A DNA stretch of 64,000 bases. Source: Azolla caroliniana (lineage: Eukaryota > Plantae > Polypodiophyta). Every line of letters begins with the position of its first letter. Within the stretch, counting starts at the first letter, position 1. The stretch covers positions 5,162 to 69,161 of the forward strand of contig JBHGNT010000136.1 in the NCBI GenBank assembly GCA_043228905.1, given 5' to 3'. The position numbers and the translations under genes are program-made. The notes under the pieces are model-generated. The model did not search any database, was not told where the DNA came from, and was given only the letters and a program-made list of their open reading frames with translations. This document shows, piece after piece, positions 15,001 through 24,676 of the stretch.

Positions 15001-18000
15001 CCTCCTAGCTCTTCTCAACTCCCTCCTCAAATTTGGTAATTTCGTCATGTCTGACGACCTGAGTTTCAAAATCTTGATATTTTAATTCCATATCATAGCT
15101 AGCGTTGTTAGCTTCGATTTGCTTGTTTGAACACAAAAATCCGATATCACACGAGCCAGGTATGAACATTTTAATTTACTAACGCGCTCTTCTCCACTAC
15201 CTCCTAAAATTTGCTAATTTCTTCATGTCTCTCGACCTGAGTTTCAAAATCTTGATTTTTTAATTGTAGATCAGAGCTAGCGTTGTTAGCATCGATTCGC
15301 ATGTTTCAACACAGAAATCCGATATCACACGAGCCTGGTATGAAAATTTTAATTTACTAACGAGCTCTTCTCCACTACCTCCTAAAACTTTCTAATTTCC
15401 TCATGTCTCTCGAGCGGAGTTTCAAAATATTGATTTTTTAATTCCATATTAGAGCCTACGTTATTAGCTTCGATTCGCATGTTTGAACATAGAAATCCGA
15501 TATCACACGAACCAGGTATGAACATTTTAATTTACTAACGCGCTCTTCTCCACTACCTCCTAAAATTTGCTTATTTCTTCATGTCTCTCGACCTGAGTTT
15601 CAAAATCTTGATTTTTTAATTCCACATTAGAGCTAGCATTGTTAGCTTCGATTCACATGTTTGAACACATGAATCCGATATGACACAAGCCACGTATGGA
15701 CATTTTAATTTACTCAAGGGCTCCTCTCAATTCCCTCCTCAAGTTTGCTAATTTCTTCATATCTCTCGACCTGAGTTTCAAAATCATGAGTTTTTAAATC
15801 CACATCATAGCTAGCGTTGTTTGCTTCGATTCCTAGGTTTGATCACAAAAATCCGATATGACACGAGCCAGGTATGAACATTTTAATTTACCTACTAGCT
15901 CTTCTCAACTCCCTTCTCAAATTTGGTAATTTCGTCATGTCTCTCGACCTGAGTTTCAAAATCTTGACTTTTTAATTCCATATCATAGCTAGCGTTGTTA
16001 GCTTCGATTCGCATGTTTGAACACAAAAATCCGATATCACACGAGCCAGGTATGAACATTTTAATTTACCTACTAGCGCTTGTGAACTCCCTCCTAAAAT
16101 TTGCTAATTTCTTCATGTCTCTCGACTTGAGTTTCAAAATCTTGATTTTTTAATTCCATATTAGAGCTAGCGTTGTTAGCTTCGATTCACATGTTTGAAC
16201 ACAGGAATCCGATATCACACGAGCCAGGTATGAACATTTTAATTTACTAACGCGCTCTTCTCCACTACCTCCTCAAATTTGCTAATTTCTTCATGTCTCT
16301 CGACCTGAGTTTCAAAATCTTGATTTTTTAATTGTAGATCAGAGCTAGCGTTGTTAGCATCGATTCGCATGTTTCAACACAGAAATCCGATATCACACGA
16401 GCCTGGTATGAAAATTTTAATTTACTAACGAGCTCTTCTCCACTACCTCCTAAAACTTTCTAATTTCCTCATGTCTCTCGAGCGGAGTTTCAAAATATTG
16501 ATTTTTTAATTCCATATTAGAGCCTGCGTTATTAGCTTCGAGTCGCATGTTTGAACACAGAAATCCGATATCACACGAACCAGGTATGAAGATTTTAATT
16601 TACTAACGCGCTCTTCTCCACTACCTCCTAAAATTTGCTAATTTCGTCATGTCTCTCGACCTGAGTTTCAAAATCTTGATTTTTTAATTCAATATCAGCG
16701 CTAGCGTTGTTAGCTTCGATTTGCATGTTTTAATTTACTCAAGGGCTCCTCTCAACTCCCTCCTCAAGTTTGCTATTTTCGTCATGTCTCTCGACCTGAG
16801 TTTCAAAATCTTGATTTTTTAATTCCATATCATAGCTAGCGTTGGTAGCTTCGATTTGCATGTTTGAACACAAAAATCCAATATCACACAAGCTAGGTAT
16901 GAACATTTTAATTTACTCAAGGGCTCCTCTCAACTCCCTTGTCAAGGTTGCTAATTTCTTCATGTCTCTCGACCTGAGTTTCAAAATCATGATTTTTTAA
17001 TTCCATATCATAGCTAGCGTTGTTAGCTTCGATTCGCATGTTTGAACACAAAAATCCGATATGACACGAGCCAGGTATGAACATTTTAATTTACCTACTA
17101 GCTCTTCTCAACTCACTACTCAAATTTGGTAATTTCCTCATGTTTCTCGACCTGAGTTTCAAAATCTTGACTTTTTAATTCCATATCATAGCTAGCGTTG
17201 TTAGATTCGATTCGCATATTTGAACACAAAAATCCGATATCACACGAGCCAGGTAGGAACATTTTAATTTACCTAATAGCTCTTCTCAACTCACTCCTCA
17301 TATTTTGTAATTTCGTCATGTCTCTCGACCTGAGTTTCAAAATCTTGATTTTTTAATTCCATATCATAGCTAGCGTTGTTAGCTTCGATTCGCATGTTTG
17401 AACACAAAAATCCGATATCACACGAGCCAGGTAGGAACATTTTAATTTACTCAAGGGCTCCTCTCAACTCCCTCCTCAAGTTTGCTATTTTCGTCACGTC
17501 TCTCGACTTGAGTTTCAGAATCTTGAGTTTTTAAATCCACATCATAGCTAACATTGTTAGCTTTGATTCGCATGTTTGAACACAAAAATCCGATATCACA
17601 CGAGCCAGGTATGAACATTTTAATTTACCTCCTAGCTCTTCTCAACTCCCTCCTCAAATTTGGTAATTTCGTCATGTCTCACGACCTGAGTTTCAAAATC
17701 TTGATATTTTAATTCCATATCATAGCTAGCGTTGTTAGATTCGATTCGCATGTTTGAACACAAAAATCCGATATCACACGAGCCAGGTATGAACATTTTA
17801 ATTTACTCAAGGGCTCCTCTCAACTCCCTTGTCAAGGTTGCTAATTTCCTCATGTCTCTCGACCTGAGTTTCAAAATCTTAATTTTTTAATTCCATATCA
17901 TAGCTAGCGTTGTTAGCTTCGATTCGCATGTTTGAACACAAAAATCCGATATGACACGAGCCAGGTATGAACATTTTAATTTACGTACTAAATCTTCTCA

Positions 18001-21000
18001 ACTCACTCCTCAAATTTGGTAATTTCGTCATGTCTCTCGACCTCAGTTTCAAAATCTTGATTTTTTAATTCCATATCATAGCTAGCGTTGTTAGCTTCGA
18101 TTCGCATGTTTGAACACAAAAATCCGATATCACACGAGCCAGGTAGGAACATTTTAATTTACTCAAGGGCTCCTCTCAACTCCCTCCTCAAGTTTGCTAT
18201 TTTCGTCATGTCTCTCGACCTGAAATTCAAAGTCTTGATTTTTTAATTCCATATCATAGCTAGCGTTGTTAGCTTCGATTCGCATGTTTGAACACAAAAA
18301 TCCGATATGACACGAGCCAGGTATGAACATTTTAATTTACCTACTAGCTCTTCTCAACTCACTCCTCAAATTTTGTAATTTCGTCATGTCTCACGACCTG
18401 AGTGTCAAAATCTTGATATTTTAATTTCATATCATAGCTAGCGTTGTTAGCTTCGATTTGCATGTTTGAACACAAAAATCAGATATCACACGAGCCAGGT
18501 ATGAACATTTTAATTTACCTCCTAGCTCTTCTCAACTCCCTCCTCAAATTTGGTAATTTCGTCATGTCTGACGACCTGAGTTTCAAAATCTTGATATTTT
18601 AATTCCATATCACAGCTAGCGTTGTTAGCTTCGATTTGCTTGTTTGAACACAAAAATCCGATATCACACGAGCCAGGTATGAACATTTTAATTTACTAAC
18701 GCGCTCTTCTCCACTACCTCCTAAAATTTGCTAATTTCTTGATGTCTCTCGACCTGAATTTGAAAATCTTGATTTTTTAATTTCATATCAGAGCTAGCGC
18801 TGTTACCTTCGATTCACATGTTTGAACACAAGAATCCGATATCACACGAGCCAGGTATGAACATTTTAATTTACTAAAGGGCTCCTCTCAACTCCCTTGT
18901 CAAGGTTGCTAATTTCGTCATGTCTCTCGACCTGAGTTTCAAAATCTTGATTTTTTAATTCCATGTCATAGCTAGCGTTGGTAGCTTCGATTCACATGTT
19001 TAAACACAAAAATCCGATATCACACGAGCCAGGTATGAACATTTTAATTTTCCTACTAGCGCTTGTGAACTCCCTCCTAAAATTTGCTAATTTCTTCATA
19101 TCTCTCGACCTGAGTTTCAAAATCTTGATTTTTTAATTGTAGATCAGAGCTAGCGTTGTTAGCTTCGATTCGCATGTTTCAACACAGAAATCCGATATCA
19201 CACGAGCCTGGTATGAACATTTTAATTTACTAACGCGCTCTTCTCCACTACCTCCTCAAATTTGCTAATTTCTTCATGTCTCTCGACCTGAGTTTCAAAA
19301 TCTTGATTTTTTAATTGTAGATCAGAGCTAGCGTTGTTAGCTTCGATTCGCATGTTTCAACACAGAAATCCGATATCACACGAGCCTGGTATGAACATTT
19401 TAATTTACTAACGAGCTCTTCTCCACTACCTCCTAAAATTTTCTACTTTCCTCATGTCTCTCGAGCGGAGTTTGAAAATATTGATTTTTTAATTCCATAT
19501 TAGAGCCTACGTTATTAGCTTCGATTCGCATGTTTGAACATAGAAATCCGATATCACACGAACCAGGTATGAACATTTTAATTTACTAACGCGCTCTTCT
19601 CGACTACCTCCTAAAATTTGCTAATTTCGTCATGTCTCTCGACCTGAGTTTCAAAATCTTGATTTTTTAATTCCATATCATAGCTAGCGTTGTTAGCTTC
19701 GATTTGCATGTTTGAACACAAAAATCCGATATCACACGAGCTAGCTATGAACATTTTAATTTGCGTACTAGCGCTTGTCAACTACCTCCTCAAATTTGCT
19801 AATTTCTTCATGTCTCTCGACCTAAGTTTCAAAATCTTGATTTTTTAATTCAATATCAGCGCTAGCGTTGTTAGCTTCGATTTGCATGTTTTAATTTACT
19901 CAAGGGCTCCTCTCAACTCCCTCCTCAAGTTTGCTATTTTCATCATGTCTCTCGACCTGAGTTTCAAAATCTTGATTTTTTAATTCCATATCATAGCTAG
20001 CGTTGGTAGCTTCGATTTGCATGTTTGAACACAAAAATCCGATATCACACGAGCCAGGTATGAACATTTAAATTTACTCAAGGGCTCCTCTCAACTCCCT
20101 TGTCAAGGTTGCTAATTTCGTCATGTCTCTTGACCTGAGTTTCAAAATCTTGATTTTTTAATTCCATATCATAGCGAGCGTTGTTAGCTTCGATTCGCAT
20201 GTTTGAACACAAAAATCCGATATCACACGAGCCAGGTAGGAACATTTTAATTTACCTACTAGCTCTTCTCAACTCACTCCTCAAGTTTGCTATTTTCGTC
20301 ACGTCTCTCGACTTGAGTTTCAGAATCTTGAGTTTTTAAATCCACATCATAGCTAACGTTGTTAGCTTTGATTCGCATGTTTGAACACAAAAATCCGATA
20401 TCACACGAGCCAGGTATGAACATTTTAATTTACCTCCTAGCTCTTCTCAACTCCCTCCTCAAATTTGGTAATTTCGTCATGTCTCACGACCTGAGTTTCA
20501 AAATCTTGATATTTTAATTCCATATCATAGCTAGCGTTGTTAGCTTCGACTTGCATGTTTGAACACAAAAATCCGATATCACACGAGCCAGGTATGAACA
20601 TTTAAATTTACTCAAGGGCTCCTCTTAACTCCCTTGTCAAGGTTGCTAATTTCGTCATGTCTCTCGACCTGAGTTTTAAAATCTTGATTTTTTAATTCCA
20701 TATCATAGCTAGCGTTGTTACCTTCGATACGCATGTTTGAACACATAAATCCGATATGACACGAGCCAGGTATGAACATTTTAATTTACTAACAGGCTCT
20801 TCTCAACTCACTCCTCAAATTTGGTAATTTCGTCATGTCTCTCGACCTGAGTTTCAAAATCTTGATTTTTTAATTCCATATTATAGCTAGCGTTGTTAGC
20901 TTCGATTTGCATGTTTGAACCAAAAAATCCGATATCACACGAGCTAGGTATGAACATTTAAATTTACTCAAGGGCTCCTCTCAACTCCCTTGTCAAGGTT

Positions 21001-21405
21001 GCTAATTTCGTCATGTCTCTTGACCTGAGTTTCAAAATCTTGATTTTTTAATTCCATATCATAGCTAGCGTTGTTAGCTTCGATTCGCATGTTTGAACAC
21101 ATAAATCCGATATGACACGAGCCAGGTATGAACATTTTAATTTACCTACTAGCTCTTCTCAACTCACTCCTCAAATTTGATAATTTCGTCGTGTCTCTCG
21201 ACCTGAGTTTCAAAATCTTGATTTTTTAATTCCATATCATAGCTAGCGTTGTTAGATTCGATTCGCATGTTTGAACACAAAAATCCGATATCACACGAGC
21301 CAGGTAGGAACATTTTAATTTACTCAAGGGCTCCTCTCAACCCCCTCCTCAAGTTTGCTATTTTCGTCATGTCGCTCGACCTGAGTTTCAAAATCTTGAT
21401 TTTTT
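1..21405 (+). repeat. 178-bp tandem satellite array, left block (about 120 monomers), centromere-like
   Basis: aatccgatat recurs at 1 and 179 and the unit continues throughout. Consensus core: ...ctgagtttcaaaatcttgattttttaattccatatcatagctagcgttgttagcttcgattcgcatgtttgaacacaaaaatccgatatcacacgagccaggtatgaacattttaatttac... A centromeric role is inferred only from the nucleosome-sized unit and HOR structure. Confidence 0.98.
11650..18720 (+). repeat. Tandem duplication of a 20-monomer block (3517 bp) containing a nested 6-mer (1068 bp) repeat
   Basis: Marker agcatcg at 11771, 12839, 15288 and 16356 (spacings 1068 and 3517); 43-bp-deleted monomer at 13207 and 16724. 20x178-43 = 3517. Ends are approximate. 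Confidence 0.85.
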
Positions 21406-21496
21406 CATATTAATAGACTATATAATGTCTTATACGAGGAGTGCGGGCACGATACTTCTTTGGCTGTGATTAGTGTTATTTGGTTAACTATTTGAG

Positions 21497-21660
21497 GATT
21501 TAGGGTTTGGGTTTGAAGGTTTGGGGTATATGGGTTAACTGAGGTTTTTGGGTTAAATATCTTAAGGGTTTAGGGTTTTGTTCGGAGGGTTTAGGGCATA
21601 TGGGTAAAATATCTGAGGGTTTAGGGTTGCGGGTATTGGGTAGGTTAAAGATTAAGGGAA
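21497..21660 (+). repeat. Degenerate telomere-like repeats in the element 3' UTR (CCCUAAA in RNA sense)
   Basis: Exact TTTAGGG at 21499, 21569, 21590 and 21620, three of them as AGGGTTTAGGG, with variants tttggg, tttgaagg and ttaaggg between them. Confidence 0.85.
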
Positions 21661-21791
21661 AGAGGGGGGAGTGCCACGTTTTACTTAGTGGGAATGAAAT
21701 AGCATATATATTATTGAAAGCACAACTAACCACAACATAAAAACAATAGACACTTGAGAAGAAAATATATATTGATCAAATATATGTTAAT

Positions 21792-21850
21792 ATGACCTAT
21801 GTAGCAAACTAGTTTCGCTCATATATGGAGCTCATCAGTGCTTAGGTCAT
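21792..21850 (-). ncRNA. Type I hammerhead ribozyme with minimal palindromic stem III
   Basis: RNA: AUGACCUA AGCA CUGAUGA GCUC CAUAUAU GAGC GAAA C UA G UU / UGCU ACA UAGGUCAU. Core CUGAUGA and GAAA present; stem II GCUC/GAGC; stem I 4+8 bp with an ACA bulge; GUU cleavage triplet, with predicted cut between 21807 and 21806. Confidence 0.92.
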
Positions 21851-22189
21851 TTTCGAGTACAAAGGTAAGTTTATATAGGTTTGTGGTAAGGGGGGTGTAA
21901 GATGAGTGGTGGACAAGAGTGATAAATGTGAAAAGAAGTGAGGAGTATGGGAGGGAGTGGTGTAACACGGTGATAAGGGGGCAAGATATGATTTTGTAAA
22001 GGGAGGGAGTGGGTATCATGAGTTTGATAGAGATAAGTGGGTAACTAGAGGGTATAATAATGGTCATAAGTGGGTGACCGGAGGGTATGATAAGTGAGGG
22101 GAGGGGTGTGTATATGTGTGTGATGGTGGCTAGTACGAGGTAAAGATGTGGGTGAAAAACGAGGGGAATACGAATTTAATAGTTATGGG

Positions 22190-22570
22190 GAATGAGGAGA
22201 GAGAGAGAGAGAGAGAGATAGAGAGAGAAATTTAACTAATGAGAAGAGAGTGTGAAAAAAGGTGAGAAAAGAGAGAGGGAGAGAGAGAGAGAGAGAGAAA
22301 AGAAAAAAAGAAAGAAAGAAAGAAGAGAGACGTAGAGAAAAGAAAAGGTAGAGAGGGAGAAAAAAGGAAAAGAAAAAAGAGGTGAGTTTTAGAGTGTAGA
22401 GAGGGAGAAAAGTAAAGGTAGAGAGAGAGGAAAAAGAAATGATTTAGAGAGGGAGAAAGGTAAAGGTAGAGAGAGAAAGAGAAGGGGAGGGAAGGAGGAG
22501 ATAGAGATAGAGAAAGGGAAAGTTAAGAGAGAAGAAATGTGAAGGTAGAGAGGGAGAAGATAGGGGGAGA
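22190..22570 (+). repeat. Polypurine/polypyrimidine tract with (GA)n microsatellites in the 3' UTR
   Basis: Nearly pure A/G on the + strand; (GA)11 at 22197-22218 and (GA)10 at 22279-22298. Confidence 0.9.
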
Positions 22571-22635
22571 TCCTCACGTGGTAAATATAGGGAGATAAAA
22601 CTTGTGGTTTAAAAAAATAAAAATATGGAGAGGAC

Positions 22636-24315
22636 TTAGTGTGGATCTATAGTAATGTTTTTTGTGTTGACTAGTGAAGAGTGTAGATTTTTAGATTTAG
22701 TCCAACAAATTATTGGTTTGGGGATGTGTTGTAGTAGAGGGTCTTCTTGGAGGTTTAAGTGTAGGCTAGTAAGGGTTTCTTTTATTCCTAGATTAGGGGC
22801 TTGGTGTGTGAATTTTAGTTTAAAGATTATGGGTGTGGGGGTTTGGTTAATGGTTTTGTTTGAGAGGAGAGTTGGTCTAAGGGAATAGGGGTGTTTTTTG
22901 AATATATTGAGGATAAAGTGTGTAGGGTATCCTCGTGCTCGTAGTCTCTTAAAAAATAGTTGTTGCATTTTTAAATAACCTTGGGCTGTACTTTCTCTAA
23001 TAATGTATCTTTTAAGTTCGTTCGAGAGGAAGCTTTTTTTGACGTGGATAGGATGTGTCGAGGTGAAGGGTATGTATTGGTAAGTATTAAGTTCTTTTTG
23101 AAAACAATTAAAGTTGAAATTATTATTAGCGAGGTTTATCCAAAGGTCGAGAAAAGGAAGTTTAGTGAGAGAGGTTTGGATGGTCAGTTTAATGGAGTTT
23201 TGAGTGGTAATACTATAGAAATTTAGGTAGTCTAAGAGTTGTGTTTTCGTACCGCTCCATACACCAAAGGCATCATCAATATATCTCGTGAAATAAAATA
23301 AATGGGGAGATGGGTTGGAATTCTCGAGGTATGACAAAAAAAGGCAAGCATATACTACGGAAAAATTGCTTCCCATGGCCGTGCCTTTAATTTGTTGATA
23401 GATTTGGTTATTAAATTTAAGGAAGTGATATTCTAAGGTTAAGGCGCTGAGAGTATAGATGAGGTTGGCTTTTTGTTTTGAGAAATGGGGGGTAATTAGG
23501 TGTTTTAGGGCAAGTAGTCCTAGTTTTGGTGGAATACTCGGGTAGAGGGATTCTACGTCAAATGAAAAGATGAAGCTATTGGGTGGTGTCGTAAGGTTTT
23601 CTAGGGATTGTACTAAGGAGAATGAGTCTCTAAGGTATTGTTTTTGTTGTAGGAGTATGGGGAGGAGTTGGTGGTGTAGCCACTTAGAAGTTTGTTCAAA
23701 TAACGAACCGTTGTAAGAACAAATAGGCCTATAGCCAATGGGTTCTTTGTGTACTTTGGGTAGGAAGTACATGGTGGGGACTCGGTATTCGTTGGATGGT
23801 TTGTGTAAGATGAATTTTATTTCTATGAGGGAGAGGGTTCCTAGGTGTTGATTCATTAATGTTTTTAATCTATGTAGGAGTTCTTCTAAGGGGAAGGTAT
23901 CTACGGGTTTGTAAGTGGATGTATCGGATAGGTGAGCTAGGGCTTTATCTAGGTATGTTTGTTTGTTTAAGACACAAACACCTACATTTTTGTCTGCGGG
24001 GAGGATGATAATGTGTTTATTGCTTTTAAGGCTTTTTAAGGCTTGTAGTAGGTGTAGTGGAATGTGTTTAGTGGGTAGGTTTGTATTATGGAGTTTTATG
24101 GTGAGGAGATTAAGGTGTTTATGAAGTATGTCTTCTAACGGTGGGTATTGTGTAGGGGGGTTCCAAGAGGGGTTGGGTAGTTTAAAGGGGTTGTGTGGGG
24201 CGGAGGAGTCGTCTTGAAAGAAATGTCTAAGTCTAAGGGATCTACTAAGGTTATGGAATTCTTGAAGAATAGAAGTGGAGGTGGGGGGGGGGGGAGGGAG
24301 GTATAAACTTAAGAC
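22636..24315 (-). CDS. Penelope-like reverse transcriptase, main frame (open well upstream of the annotated ATG at 23856)
   Basis: Manual translation upstream of 23856 gives ...LSRSLRLRHFF...SWNPP...ALKSLKSNKHIIILPADKNVGVCVLNKQTY (PLE DKG-type motif). The ORF track then shows YFLPKVHK, RPICS, FDVESLYPSI (motif A), GTAMGS (B), RYIDD (C), LPFLDL (E) and thumb STHP..K / RGYP, ending PIICWTKSKNLHSSLV..stop. The catalytic aspartates are intact. Confidence 0.95.
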   Translation of the reverse strand, partial: VLSLYLPPPPPTSTSILQEFHNLSRSLRLRHFFQDDSSAPHNPFKLPNPSWNPPTQYPPLEDILHKHLNLLTIKLHNTNLPTKHIPLHLLQALKSLKSNKHIIILPADKNVGVCVLNKQTYLDKALAHLSDTSTYKPVDTFPLEELLHRLKTLMNQHLGTLSLIEIKFILHKPSNEYRVPTMYFLPKVHKEPIGYRPICSYNGSLFEQTSKWLHHQLLPILLQQKQYLRDSFSLVQSLENLTTPPNSFIFSFDVESLYPSIPPKLGLLALKHLITPHFSKQKANLIYTLSALTLEYHFLKFNNQIYQQIKGTAMGSNFSVVYACLFLSYLENSNPSPHLFYFTRYIDDAFGVWSGTKTQLLDYLNFYSITTQNSIKLTIQTSLTKLPFLDLWINLANNNFNFNCFQKELNTYQYIPFTSTHPIHVKKSFLSNELKRYIIRESTAQGYLKMQQLFFKRLRARGYPTHFILNIFKKHPYSLRPTLLSNKTINQTPTPIIFKLKFTHQAPNLGIKETLTSLHLNLQEDPLLQHIPKPIICWTKSKNLHSSLVNTKNITIDPH

Positions 24316-24676
24316 CTAGGTTAAGGAGTTTAATTTCTGACTTGCTAAGGGTATGTGTAGAAAGGTTGTGGATTTTACTACTATGAGGGGGACTAAAGGG
24401 TGTTGTAAGGGGTTTCCAAAATTTATATCTAAGTTTCTTTTTACGTGTTTTTTTTGTATGTGGTCTAAAGGGGATTCTATGTGACATGTTACCTAGCCAA
24501 TTAGAGGAATCTAGGGGGGTAGAGTTACCATTAACAAAATACCACATACGTTTAGTTGGGTGTACGGCGTGTCTAAAACGTCGGTTTGATCTTTTAGCAC
24601 GCCGTACTAAACGTTTTTTGGCCGGTGGAGGTTGTGAGTGGTGGGAAGTGTGATGTGAGAAGAATACATAGGGGAT
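24251..24676 (-). CDS. N-terminal segment of the same RT (basic NLS-like stretch plus NLS..L...E..LL..GLKF motif), separated from the main frame by one extra base in a G12 run
   Basis: The frame is open from 24676: ...PPPAKKRLVRRAKRSNRRFRHAVHPTKRMWYF...KKTRKKKLR...IHNLSTHTLSKSEIKLLNLGLKFIP. 24547-23856 = 691 = 3n+1, so removing one G from 24283-24294 fuses it to the main RT frame. Confidence 0.85.
   Translation of the reverse strand: MPYVFFSHHTSHHSQPPPAKKRLVRRAKRSNRRFRHAVHPTKRMWYFVNGNSTPLDSSNWLGNMSHRIPFRPHTKKTRKKKLRYKFWKPLTTPFSPPHSSKIHNLSTHTLSKSEIKLLNLGLKFIPPSPPPHLHFYSSRIP
24562..24619 (-). promoter_or_regulatory. Programmed -1 ribosomal frameshift signal (A AAA AAC plus stem-loop)
   Basis: RNA sense: CC A_AAA_AAC GUUUA GUACGGCGUG CUAAAA gaucaaaccgacg UUUUAG a CACGCCGUAC. 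The heptamer (24619-24613) is in ORF1 phase. A perfect 10-bp stem (24598-24607 / 24562-24571) is extended by 6 more bp. The -1 frame is the RT frame. Confidence 0.85.

Noticed and set aside
21500-22577. Minus-strand ORFs 21500-21733, 21819-22067 and 22389-22577 as a separate endonuclease
   Set aside because: Low-complexity translations of telomere-like and CT-rich UTR; no GIY-YIG, CCHH or other nuclease motif.
22636-24315. Calling the RT a telomerase (TERT), group II intron, retron or LINE RT
   Set aside because: The DK-type motif, GTAMGS, YIDD, HP..K and GYP thumb, size and adjacent hammerhead fit PLEs; no TERT T-motif, APE or maturase domain was seen.
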